This document shows, piece after piece, positions 25,000 through 36,670 of a stretch of DNA of 64,000 nucleotides (position 1 is its first letter; the number at the start of each line of letters is the position of its first letter). A model generated the notes under the pieces. The model searched no databases. It was given only the letters and a program-made list of their open reading frames with translations, and had not been told where the DNA came from. A program made the translations under genes and the position numbers. Location of the stretch: contig MU053559.1 of the NCBI GenBank assembly GCA_013239625.1, positions 3,144,324 to 3,208,323 on the forward strand, written 5' to 3'. This DNA is from Lama guanicoe (taxonomy: Eukaryota).

Positions 25000-27900
25000 A
25001 AAACAGGAAAGAATAGAATCGTTGATTAAGGACCCCAAACCAAGTACTTTACAAATGATCAAAGAGAAATTACAAGAGCAGATCCCACTTAAAAGAAAGA
25101 ACATATAGATTTAAAAAGAACAAATGAGACTTCTAGAAATAAAAGTGTATTTATTGAAATTAAAATGTCAAAGTATTGGCTGTAATCACTTTGAAAACAT
25201 TTAATATTATTTGGTAACAGTGAAGATGTTCAGTTCCCTTAAAGGAGTTATAAGTACAAAAATATGTTAGAACAAAAACCCAAGCCTTCCTAAACACCAA
25301 AAGAAATTTATAAATTACAATAGAAAAGAAAACACATTGTGAAGAAAAAGAAACAGTAAATTTACATAGAATACACGATAACTACAGTATAAAATAATCT
25401 ATCAGAGCTGAGATTAAAAAAAAATGTTTTATCAATAAATGTGAATGGGCTTAACCCACCTACTAAAAGAAAAATATTTTCAATACAGCTCACAAAGCAA
25501 GACCCAAATATGCAATGTATGGAGATACAGCTAAATGCAAATGATTCAGACAGGCTAAAAATAAAGGCATGGGCAAATGGAAATAACAAGTAAGTGGGAA
25601 CTGTGATACTTGATAGCAAACAAATTAGAATTCAGGCCAAAAAATAATTAAACATGACAAAAAAGGATACCTTATAATGCTAAAATCCAATTTCACAACG
25701 TAGATATAACAGTTATGAAAATTTATGCACCAAATCTTTAAAAAGTAGAAACGACAGATGCAAGATGATACAGGTAGAAACAGATTGCTAACAGGAGACT
25801 TTGACAGGTCATTTTCAGTGCAGAACAGATCGAGTGGCAGGAATGTAAATAAGGATATAAGGAGTAAGCAGCATAATTAATACAATAGATCTCATTAATC
25901 TGTAATGAACTTTAGAACCTACTAATAAAGAGTACACCTTCCTTCTCAACTGCACATAGACTAGTTCCAAAAATCCATCAAATATTAGGTCACAAGGAAA
26001 GCATCAGAGAGTTCTATACAATGAAAATATTACAAGCTTTATTATCACAGTGCAATAAAACTAGAAAAAAAAAAGTTTTTCCAACTAGAAATGTAGAAGT
26101 CTTGTATTAAACAGCTCTTGAGTGAAAGCAAAAATACAAGCCAACATTACAGAACATCTTTAAAACCAAACAAAGAAACAAGTAATGTAAACACTACATA
26201 TGAGAGACTAGTGGTGTCTCTTTAGAGATCAGAGGAAAAAGTCATACACTTAAATACATATCAATAAAAATAAAATAAAAATGAGTGAATTGTATCAGCT
26301 TAAAAAGTGAGAGAAAAAACAGCAAAGGAGCCAAAAGAAAGCCCAAGGAAGGAAAAAATAAAGGTAAAAGCAGAAAAGAATGACAAGTAGGAATAGAAAA
26401 CAGAAGGTCAGAGTAATAAATCAAAATTCTGGTTCTCTGAGAAAAGTAACAAAACATATAAACCACTAGCTAAATCAATCAAACAGCAAAAGGGAGAAAC
26501 ACAGCCACAACATAGGGAAGACAAAGAAAAAGTAGACAAGGATAGAGCAGAAAAAAAAATGCGGACTATAAATGGGAACAGAATGAACCAGACTGTTTTT
26601 CAAGTGAGTAGCATAAGTCACATAATCACTCAAAACAGGAAGGGAAGGCAAGAGCCGGGAAATAAACCTAAATCATTTTGGAACACAGTATTTTGACATT
26701 AAGACTAAAGAAAAAAAAAAAACCTGAAAAGATACTCATCTCTAATGAGTAGGTTGTTTTCACAATGGCATGGGTTAGATATTCTGAAACTGCTTTTGGG
26801 CTTTTTTAGGATTGAGCAAATAAGTAAATATTTTGAGGTTAACTGGAATCAGGTTTCTTACTGTTTGAGAAGGGCGTTGTAGATGTGGAAAGGGGGACTC
26901 GAGCACATAGTCTACTGTGTTGACTGGAATTGCATATATCAGTATAAACGCATGGGTTTTAATGTATCTATTTCTACATACATCTACATCTTTATCTAGC
27001 TATCCAAAGACAGAAATGGAAAGAGATTTAACTATCTGTGCCTATCTATACCTACCTATGTCTATAGATACTTTGAATATCTTATAGTGACAGAGCACAA
27101 GGAAGTGCTTGAAAAATGGTGGAGACAATCAAAAGGACAGAGGAGTCAGCTTAGAGGGACTCCCACTGACCAAACATAGGACCATTTTAACATAAAAATA
27201 ATTAATAGTAGTAACAGATTATAATCCACTGACTAAAACAAGAATCTGTAGACCATTCTATATAAATGAATGAAGAAATAAATAAACAGAGAGAAAGAAA
27301 AGTTCTTCCTTGTAGTAGAATGCCAACTAATATATGTAAAAAGAATGATAAAATTAAGAAATCATCATTTGTTATAATGGGAAAGAATCTGGAAAAAAGT
27401 ATGTATGTATTATGTATAACTGAATCGCTTTGCTGTACACCTGAAACTAACATTGTAAAATCAAGTACACTTTAATAAAAAACAAAATAAAAAAAGAAAT
27501 CATCATTTGTTAATCCACACTACTATATATAAAATAGATAAACAACAAGGACCTACTGTGTAGCACAGGGAACTGTATTCAATATCTTGTAATGGCCTAT
27601 AATGAAAAAGAATCTGAGAAAGGATGTGTATATATATATAAATATATATGAAACTGAATCACTTTGTTGTACACCTGAAACTAACACAACACTGTAAATC
27701 AACTGTACTTTAATAAAAAAAAAAGAAATCATCATTTGGCAACCACCATGGTAATGAATAATTTGGGCAAAATCATCAATTGAGGCTACTAGTTTAATGA
27801 GGAACTTGGTATTTACATAGTTCCAGATTATCTCCTCACAGAATTCTTTTGAATTTTACAGGCAAAAGAAGTCATTGCAGGGGAGAAACTTGACATACAG

Positions 27901-28590
27901 CACCTTAACCAGATGATCAAAGTTAACCTTACCGTTGATGGTTGAAATACACATTATGTACCCGCTCCCTTGATGAATGGGAAGGCCACAGCATTCATCT
28001 TGTGGTGCTCCTGCTAAAATGCTATGAGCAAAAAGTCATCAGGCTACTCAGGAGAAAACACTGGTCAAATCTAAATTGAAGAACATTCTACCAAAAATCT
28101 GGCCTAGTCCCTTCAACAATACCAAGGTCAGGGAAGATGAAGAAAGATGGAAGGACTATTACCCATCAAAGGAGAATGAAGGGATGTGACAACTAATCTG
28201 GGATGTTAGATGAGCTTCTGGACCAGGTTTTCTAAACTAATTTTATTCTTTGCTGAAAAGTACATTTTGGGGACAATTGACAATATTTGACTCAATAGTT
28301 TAGATTAGGAAATAGTACTTTATTACTACTAATTTTCTGATTTTGATGATCGTACTTCAATTATGTAAGAGAATGTCCTTGTTATTAGGAAATATACACT
28401 GTAATATTTAGTGGTAAAGAGCCATGACGTCTGCTTTTTCCTCTAAAATGGAAAAATTGGATCTATGAATGATAAAACACATCTGGTAAAATATGAAACA
28501 ATTGGAGGAATCTGGGTGAGGGCTAGACAGGAGTTCTTTGTGCTATTCCTGCTATTTTTCAACTGGTTTGAAATTATTTCAATTTAAAAA
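25000..28590 (+). mobile_element. Ancient L1 remnants (ORF2 endonuclease region ~25430-26500; L1MC/MD-like 3' region ~26600-28590)
   Basis: ataaatgtgaatgggcttaac (INVNGLN, start of the L1 ORF2 endonuclease); A-rich, heavily decayed. Confidence 0.65.
27372..27722 (+). mobile_element. Two tandem short L1 3' ends sharing one target site
   Basis: Each has actgaatc..tgtacacctgaaactaac + poly(A); AAGAAATCATCATTTG occurs three times (27356, 27494, 27723). Confidence 0.9.
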
Positions 28591-28687
28591 GTAAGAAGAA
28601 AAGAAACATTTAGAAATATTTGTAAGAATATGAAGGATAATTTTTTTTTCTATAGGATTTTTTGGAATTCACATTCAAAGCACAAAC

Positions 28688-29226
28688 TGTAATAGAAAAG
28701 AACAAACCTGACTTCATATTAGATCTGTTCCTTTTAACCCTGTGGTCTGTTTCCTAGGCTTAGTCTTGCTGGTTCTGCACCTTTTGTAAAAGAATGTTGC
28801 CTATAGCCTGAAACATACAGGACAGCCTATTCTCAAGGCTCTAACCTTTAAGAATATTAATACTTTCCCACTCATTCATATAGAGATAACAAGTTGCGGA
28901 ATACAAAATAACATTTGTTTTGTTGGAGGTTTACAGAGACACCATGATCTGACCCATGTGGACAGCTGCAAGAACAAAGGCTTCCAAAAACAAAGAATTC
29001 CTGCACCAAGTAGTTTGCAACAACCAAGCATACCCTCTCTCCTTTTTCGTATAAAAGGAGCCTGAATTCTGACTTGGGGAAGATGGTTCTCCCGGACATT
29101 AGTCTGCCTTCTCCGAATAAAAGTCTGCTGGCTTTCTGAATAGTTGCTATTCCTTGCCCCAACACCTCATCTCCCGATTTATAGGCCTGTCGTGTGGTGA
29201 GCAGAACGAGTTTTTACTCAGTAACA
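28688..29226 (+). mobile_element. ERV1 solo LTR (possibly cetartiodactyl MER41-related)
   Basis: TGTAA...TAACA termini; near TSD AAAC/AATC; TATAAAAG ~29050; AATAAA ~29116. Family name tentative. Confidence 0.75.
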
Positions 29227-29944
29227 AATCCATAATGGGATAGAATGATCTATTTGATAGAGCAAAATGACATATTCATGTGCAAGAAAGAAATCTATAA
29301 ATGGAAAAGACAAACCACAAACGATGAAGATGTAATTGCTATGCCTAGGAATATATTTTTAAAATTACAAATGATCACATAGAAAAACCAGCAAAAGAGA
29401 TGAAGACAGGTCACAGAAGAAGGCAACAAGCATGTGAAAAGACAACCAACTGCACTAGGAATTAGGGAGAAACAAAATAACAATGGCATACCATTTCACA
29501 TTTATTCAGATGACTGTTGAAAATTATACAATTTAATAATACCCATTGTTGAAAGGGTGAAGGTGAAAGGGAAAGTTCTTAATTGGTTCAAAGATTCTGG
29601 AGATTGTTTAGCAGATCTAGTGTAGTTGAAGCTGTGAACAATTCCACCTTTAGGTTTGTAGCCTAGATAATCTCCAGAGAAACAGGAGAGTTGTTCTCCG
29701 CAGCACTGTTGATAACTAGTGAAAAATTGAAAACAACCTCATTGTTATCAACAGACGACAACAGATGGATCAGTAATTTGTGGTATAATCACACAACTGG
29801 TTTAAAATGAATGAAATAGATCTACATGTGTTAACATGTAGAAACCTCAAAAACAAAATCTTAGATGAAAAAAGCAGGTAGCAGAAATTTATAGTGTAAA
29901 ATTTATAAACACAGAAAAACAATTATGTATGTTTTTTAAATTCT

Positions 29945-30090
29945 TTTTTTAAACTTCTTTTGGGGGTAATTAGGTTTGTTTATTTATTTACTTCTTCATT
30001 CATTCATTCATTGGAGGTACTAGGGATTGAACCCAGGACCTCATGTGTGCTAGGCACAGCACTCTACGACTGAGCTATAACTTCACCTCT
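29945..30090 (-). mobile_element. tRNA-Ala-derived SINE (Vic-1 type)
   Basis: ggtaattaggttt..ggaggtactagggattgaacccaggacctc..gctaggcac..ctgagctata. Confidence 0.85.
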
Positions 30091-31396
30091 CCAAGTGTTT
30101 TTTTTTTTTTTAAGAATAAATGAGAAGATGGAGTCCCTGCCCTGGAAAAATCTAGGGGCATTTGAAGAGACCCAGGTAAAGGCATGATTACAATGCGGTA
30201 CCACAAAAGCTACCATTAGAATGGACAACTAATACAGATAGGGGAGTAGAGAAGGTGGAGGAATATTTCCCCGTAATGGCAAAGCCTTCCACACCTCTCT
30301 CCCACAGTGAACCAAGTCCTGAAAGACAAGAAGGGGTTATCTAGGTGAAAGATAGAAAGGAAGGGTGTTTCTAGCAGACAGAGACATTTACAAAATCCCA
30401 GAGGGGAGAAACCGCAGAGCCTGGTTTGGAAACTGCCAATGGTTTCTCAGAGCTGGAGTCGGGGTGGGGGGGCAAAGAAAGGGATGGAGAGCGTTCATCA
30501 GTGCCCCCTGAGACAGGCTCTGGTCCAGCTAAAAAGTTGGCCTGCTTCGTGAAGGTGGCTGGAAGGCTAAAGAATATTAAAGCAGAAGAGTAACAGGTGT
30601 ATCATAAGTTATATAAGACAGTAGCTCTGGAGGCAAGATCAGTTAGTTGTTTTGTTTGTTTGTTTTAAAAGAAAACCAGACAAGCGATAATGGGATCTCG
30701 ACTGAGACCGAGGAAGTGGGGCTGAGAGATACCAGTGTGTCCAACCAGTAGAGTAGGACTCAGGGAGGGATTAGTTGTTGGTGTAGTGAGAGGAGTCGAG
30801 GAGCTCCTCGCCTGGTCATCTTGGGTGCATGATGGAGCGACAGAGGCTGTATTTTGGGCCACTTGACCCAGTCCCTGGTCACCATGATTGGACCAGGAAC
30901 AAGCATCTTACAAAGGTTTAGTTCAAATATAAAATGTGCAGAGGAAGGACTGAGGACGGTGGTAACCTCTGAATGGATTTTCTAGGTGGTGGTGATGGTG
31001 GTTGTGGGCGGAGATGGAACGGGTATGTGTGGCTTTGGATTCATCTCGAACGTTTTAATTACAAAATAAAAGCTTATGTAAATGTAACATTAACCGGTGT
31101 TACATTTCTGTGAGCACACGAGTGTCATATTATTTTCCGCACTTTTCTGTGTGTTTGAACTAAATTTAATAACCAAATGGCAAAACAAGTGCAAGAATCG
31201 GAGGAGCTTAGTACATGAAAGGCTTTGAGCCCTATCAAAGGGTTAAACCGGAAAGCGGCGGGGGCGGGGGAATGGTGCGGTTGTCAGCCTTTGTGTATGC
31301 ACAATGCGTGCGGATTGAAAAGCCTCGGGAGACCGGTACCCGGCAAAGTGGGTGGGGTGGGCGGGGGGAGGTGCGCGCGGGGAAACACCGCCTCCC

Positions 31397-31409
31397 GTCT
31401 CTAGGTAAC
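31397..31409. promoter_or_regulatory. Putative RFX X-box (GTCTCTAGGTAAC)
   Basis: Imperfect palindrome with an intact GGTAAC half-site ~100 bp upstream of the ATG of a motile-cilia gene; RFX factors are known regulators of ciliary genes. Confidence 0.65.
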
Positions 31410-31505
31410 GTGAGGTGGGGGCGGGGGTCAAACAACGCGGCAGCTAGTTGGCCGCTGTTGGCAGGCTCCTCTTTTCGGAGCCTTGACCCTCGGACGCTCA
31501 GGGCC

Positions 31506-31547
31506 ATGGCCCTGCCGCTGCTGCCCGGCAACCGCTTCAGCCGGAAT
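31506..31547 (+). CDS. EFHC2: EF-hand domain-containing family member C2, coding exon 1 (MALPLLPGNRFSRN)
   Basis: ATG in optimal Kozak context (GGGCCATGG) inside a CpG island; 14 codons then canonical donor AAT|GTGAGT (phase 0). Peptide matches the remembered mammalian EFHC2 N-terminus (MALPLLPGNSFNRN) and joins in frame to exon 2. Confidence 0.95.
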
Positions 31548-31829
31548 GTGAGTAGTGAGGGCGCCCTAGGTCAGAGGTGCTGGCCGGAGTCTGGGGTCCA
31601 GGCGTAGCCACCTCCCCGGGCCCCTACTGGAGACCTGCTGCTACTTCGCCTTCCGTGGCTTGGGCTTAACTTGGACCAAACTTTGTAGGCTGACGGAACC
31701 CTTATTCTCTACCTCCCCTTCCCCCTCTCTCCAGCGGCGTCTGATGCTTTCCCTCCATTAGATGCATGAGTAGAGTCCTTACAGGTGGCAGGACCCTGAA
31801 AGGTAGCCGATGGTGGTATTGATGCTAAT

Positions 31830-32060
31830 AGTCATCTTTGAGAGTTTAAGGTGTGCCACCTGTGCTTTAATCACCTTAAACCGCATCAGATGCTCCCTGC
31901 CGCCCTTTGCATTAGGTATTGTTTTGATTCCCATTTTACAGTTGTGGAAACTGAGGCACAGAGCAATGAGTCACTCACTGACTGGAGCTAACACAATGTC
32001 AGTGGTAGGTTTGTCCCAGGCAGCCGGTCTTCACAGCCCAGAAGCCTAATCACTCCTAAA
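31830..32060 (-). mobile_element. MIR SINE
   Basis: cccattttacagttgtggaaactgaggcacagag. Confidence 0.75.
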
Positions 32061-33092
32061 TACCTGGCCTGAAAGACTTTCTGTTATTAAAGTGAAGAAA
32101 CCTGGCTCTTTCAAGGCTTGTAGGGGGCAGATAAGTAAGGGTTCCACCTGCCTATAAAGTTTGATCCTAACTTTATGGAGAAAGGGACCCAAACTTGGAG
32201 GAGTTTTTTCTTCATTTAGAATTTGGGAGTGGTTCATTTCAAAACAAGATGAAGGTATAAAACAGCACAACAACATTCAGAATTCTTGAGCATGAAAGAA
32301 CTTTTGCCAATAAGTAGCATCTTATTTAAACCACAGCAGACGGATGATTCAGGCTTTTGTTTGCACTGGCCTCTATTGGATTTTCCAGTTGTGTCTGTAG
32401 GAAGAAGGTAATTAATACACTGATGGGAAGGAACTAGATGCAACCACTCAAAGTATTTGTGTAAACCTGTGATAAATTTAGAAACAGGCAGCAAACTGAA
32501 ACATCTCACTTTATGGATTCTGTCTGTATCCAAGTTGTTGGCCCTGAAGTATCAGTTTTCTTTGTAGCTTCAGGTACTGCATTCTGACCATCACAGGCTG
32601 GCTGACCACTCCAATTTGCTTCTTGAACACTGGTTTGTGCATTTCTTGGCTGATGAGTAGAGGTTGGCCTTCCAGCCTAGCGCTGCCCTTTGGTAAGATT
32701 AAGGCAGCCACACAAATAAGTAAGAAAGACCCCCGCCCCAAAAAAGGCAAGGAATACAAAATATTCCAGAAGTAAAGAAGCATGCTGTGTAAAAGTAATT
32801 GTAATAAAAATTGTACGTAGAGCCCACAGCTTTGGGCCCAGCAACACTTCAGATTACCGATGCCCACCTCCTATAGAAATACCACAGCTCTCACACGCAG
32901 TGATGAAGAGTGGGAAGGAAAAAACAGTGGTTGGATGAGATATTTTAAAATCTGCAAGGCTGTACTGAGTGTACTTTTGCTTTTTTTAGAAAAAAATTTT
33001 ATTGTGAAGTATAACACATGTATAGAAAAATGCACAGTGGATGATCACAGAATGAACATTAAAAAAAATATTACCAAAGCATCGACCTTGAC

Positions 33093-33228
33093 TATGGTTC
33101 CAGGATTTAGCAAGTGAAAATACATGTCCCAGATATTGCATGAGACCTACTTATATTAAAAGATTCTTTTGTTGTTTCTCTGAAATTCAGATCTAACTGA
33201 GCATCTTGTATTTTACCTGGCGATCCTA
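33093..33228. mobile_element. MER53-like hAT MITE (partly palindromic)
   Basis: ccaggatttagcaagtgaaaatac..ctgaaattcagatctaactgagcatcttgtattttacctggcgatccta. Confidence 0.65.
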
Positions 33229-33249
33229 CTTATGACTCTTTCTGGTCAT

Positions 33250-34409
33250 TATCCCTTCCTTACGCTCCAAAGGCAACCACTATTGTTAGGTTTTGCTTGC
33301 TTTTGAACTTTGTATTGATGGAAATGGCTGCTGTTTATTTTTTTGTGACTTTTTTTTTTTAGCTCAACATTATGTTTGTGAGATTTGTTTGTGTGGCTGT
33401 CTGCAGAGAAAGTTTGTCCATTTTCATTGCTCTATAGTATTCCACTGTACGAGTATGACACTATTTATATACACATTTTACTCTTGACAGCGATTTTGTT
33501 TGGGGTTATTAAGAGTAGTTCACTGTGACTATTCTTGTTCATGCCTCTCAGTACAATTGTCAGATGCAATGGCATTTTAAAAAATAAAGTTCTTCTTTAA
33601 CATACTAAAAATTTTTTAAATTTTTCAAATAGTATTTTTATATTCAGCATTGGTAGATGCTGTCACAGGGCTTATGCCCATTTAAGTTCCCACCAGCATT
33701 TTATGTTCCTGTTGCTCCATATTCTAACACTTGATATTGTTAGTCCTTTAAATTTTAATTATTTTGATCAGTGGATGTAGTGAGAATCTTTATTTTTAAT
33801 CTGCAATTGCCTGATTCCTAATGAAATTGAGCACATTTCACACATTGATTTGTCATTTGGATATTCTCTTTTGTGTCATGTCTATTTGTCTTTTGTCTAA
33901 TTTCTATTGGGTTGCCTGCCTTTTTCTTCATGATTTGTAGGAGTTTGATATAGATTTTGGATACAACTCCTTTGTCACATGTTTTCTTGTAAATATCTTT
34001 TAGTCTGTGGTTGGCGTTTTTACTCTCTTAATGGTGTTTTTGAAGAATTTTTTCTCTAGATGAGTGCTTTTTGCTTCCTCTTTAAGAAATAGTTCCGTAC
34101 ACCAAGTTCATGACAGTATTTTCCTGTGTTATCTTCTGGAAGTTTTGTTGAAATTTTGTTATTTTTACCTTTCACATTTAGATCTATAAGTAGAATGCAT
34201 TTTTTTTTTACTTTTTTGACTTTCCACGTTTTACTTTATTTTTGTGTATACATGTATTTTTAAATTGAAGTATAGTCAGTTTACAATGTGTCAATTTCTG
34301 GTGTACAGTATAATACTTCAGTTATACATGTACATAGTTTGTTTTCATATTCTTTTTCACCATAAATTACTACAAGATATTGAATATAGTTCCCTGTGAG
34401 TAGAATGCA

Positions 34410-34447
<38 letters not shown>

Positions 34448-34520
34448 CGTGCATATATGAAAAGAGGTAGGAGTCAGGTTGTATTTTTTCCCATATGGAT
34501 ATTCAGTTAACCCAGAACCA
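33250..34520 (-). mobile_element. Old L1 (L1ME-type) hosting a young L1 3' end (34203-34398)
   Basis: Young insert flanked by a perfect 14-bp TSD AGTAGAATGCATTT (34189, 34399). Confidence 0.8.
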
Positions 34521-34522
34521 TT

Positions 34523-34882
34523 TGTTAAAGAACAAAATTCTGAATAAATTTGAAAGAGCTTATTAGCTTTATTCAGTGATTCAGGAATCAGGCTGCATCC
34601 ATTCTAGCAGATAGAAAGGAGCTCTGAAGAGCTATACAAGGCAAGAGATTTTATAGGAAAGTTGTACTAGGCAAAAATCAGGTTGGTTATTTTAAGGTTA
34701 CTTTCCTTACAGGGGATGTAGGGGTTTATCAAGCAGATTACCTAACTAAATGCATATCAGGAGTTTATAGTTGACTGGTTTAAGATTCTATTTCTAGGAG
34801 AGCTGAAAATGTAACTAAGTTTCAGTTTGGTGACCTGAGGCTTAGCATAAGCAACTCTATTTGGGTCCTGTTGTCTTTAACA
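34523..34882 (-). mobile_element. ERV1-type solo LTR, 360 bp
   Basis: Perfect 9-bp terminal inverted repeat TGTTAAAGA/TCTTTAACA; near TSD CATT/CAGT; AATAAA on the - strand. Confidence 0.75.
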
Positions 34883-35030
34883 CAGTTTTGGAAATGGCCA
34901 TCCTTTCTCCACTTCTCTGCAGAGTTACCTTTGTCATAATTCAAACATCCAAAATATATGTGGGTCTGCTTCCAGACTCAAATGTATTTGTAAGATTATT
35001 CACTTACTTTATGCCTCAGACCAATAGGGG

Positions 35031-35086
35031 GGAGAGAGAGAGAGAGGAGAGAGAGAGAGAGTGTGTGTGTGTGTGTGTGTGAGTGT
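35031..35086. repeat. Compound (GA)n(GT)n microsatellite
   Basis: Direct inspection. Confidence 0.95.
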
Positions 35087-36449
35087 GAACGAGGGAATGA
35101 CAGTATACTTATTAGATACCTTGGGCTGACATTCAACAAATCAGTATTTATATATTGAGTATCCTAGTATGTGTCCAAATCAGGTGGCTACATGAAAAAA
35201 ATTTTTTACACTAGCTTGGTACTAAATCTGCTACGCGTTGCCAAAAATTAGCATTGTTTGAAAAACTTGCACTTAGTTAAAATATTGGATGCTCTCTGGC
35301 ACAGAATGGTCAGAGTCAGTAAAGCCAAATCTGGCCTTTGTATCCCCACTTCCCTTCGGCCTATTTGCTTGCTGAATTAAATTATCAAGCGAGAAACCTT
35401 GGCCTCCTGGAGATAGCTTAATTACTGGCTGTTGGGGCTGAAAATTATAACATGAGCTAACAAACTTTTATTGCTTTTTCTTAGAAATTAAAAACAAACT
35501 TGCTTCTCCTCTTAATTAGCTTCTGGGAGTCAGTCATGAGCAATAGATTGTTTTTTGTCCACAGCTAGGTGAGGTGCAAACTCTACTTAGGTCTCTGAGA
35601 TGCAAGAAGTGTTGTACTTTCTAAAATATAAGCATTTGTACCACTGATGACATTAAAATTATTTTGATGTGAATTAATTGAAAACCTTCAGGAAAGATCA
35701 CAACTAAATTCCAGACACACAGTATCTTTTTCCAACGATTTACAGGCTGGATTTTATTGAGCTAAGAGAATCTCAGGCATATTGTCAAAAATGATAGGAT
35801 ATTAAAGTTAAATGGGACATTTCCAGCTAAAGCTGAAAATCCTTTCTGCAGCATTTTAGACAGATGGTTGTGTAGCTGATCCTGAATGCCTCTAATGAAT
35901 AATGAGGAACACACTTTCTGTTTTTTATGGCGCTACCTTGCCACCATCTTAGGAGGGTTTGTTGTAAACAGCCCATCATCTAATTTATAGTGAAGCGACT
36001 GTTTCCTTAAGAAGATAAAGAAATTATTTGAATTCACAATGGTAGAATAAAATGAAAATGTAAAATCTGTCTCACAGAAATACCTTGGACTTTATTTTTT
36101 ATCTAGACTAATATAAGTTTGCATATTAATATAGGAGAAATCGTTCTTTGGGAAATTTACCAGCAATTTAAATGATAAACAACTGAAAGAGAAAAACACT
36201 ATGAGGAATACATAGTACACATCTTGACTTCATTATGTGATGTTAGATAAGTCAGTTTAAATCTGGCTCAATGACAAATATAATTATAAAACAATGATTT
36301 TATTCACAAGGTAGAGGGTTTCCCAACCTAAAATTCTGCCTATAGATTCCTGGCTGTGTTCTTGGTGGTCAATTACATGGCCTTAAAATAATTTGCACTG
36401 GGTCCAAACCCTTAACCTGACACCTGAGGCCAATGGAGTTTGCCATTCA

Positions 36450-36670
36450 TTTTGTGAGATCAATTTAATGAATCACGACCAGCATTTAGAAAACAAACAA
36501 ACAAACAAACAAACAAAACCGAGTGGAATAAAATGGAAAAAATCAGCGCATTATGCTTGGGAAGAGTAAGTATTGTTTCATGAACTTTTGTTTCTGCCAC
36601 ATGTACGTGAACTGGGTTGCCCTGAAGTCTACTTGTTCTCGTGGGTGTGGTCAGTATTTGAGAAGCACTC
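36450..36670. mobile_element. hAT-Charlie (Charlie4-like) fragment
   Basis: gatcaatttaatgaatcacgaccagcattt..gtaagtattgtttcatgaacttttgtttc..tttgagaagcact. Confidence 0.5.

Larger units (their letters stand above)
31230..31700 (+). promoter_or_regulatory. EFHC2: CpG-island promoter / 5' UTR of EFHC2
   Basis: Only strongly GC- and CpG-rich unique stretch in the window; GC boxes (GGGGCGGGG ~31261, ~31418), ETS-like CCGGAA ~31248, X-box-like motif 31397-31409; surrounds coding exon 1. Confidence 0.88.

Noticed and set aside
27356..27738. Three 16-bp direct repeats with spacers, superficially CRISPR-like
   Set aside because: Spacers are L1 tails of unequal length with poly(A); the repeats are TSDs; eukaryotic DNA with no cas genes.
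31235..31531. Antisense ORFs over the CpG island (possible bidirectional partner gene)
   Set aside because: No recognisable protein or downstream exons; GC-rich DNA is depleted of stop codons. A divergent non-coding RNA cannot be excluded from sequence alone.
32234..33117. Cluster of 85-118 aa ORFs in apparently unique intron 1 DNA
   Set aside because: No recognisable homology, no poly(A)/TSD of a retrocopy, and no convincing splice pairs.
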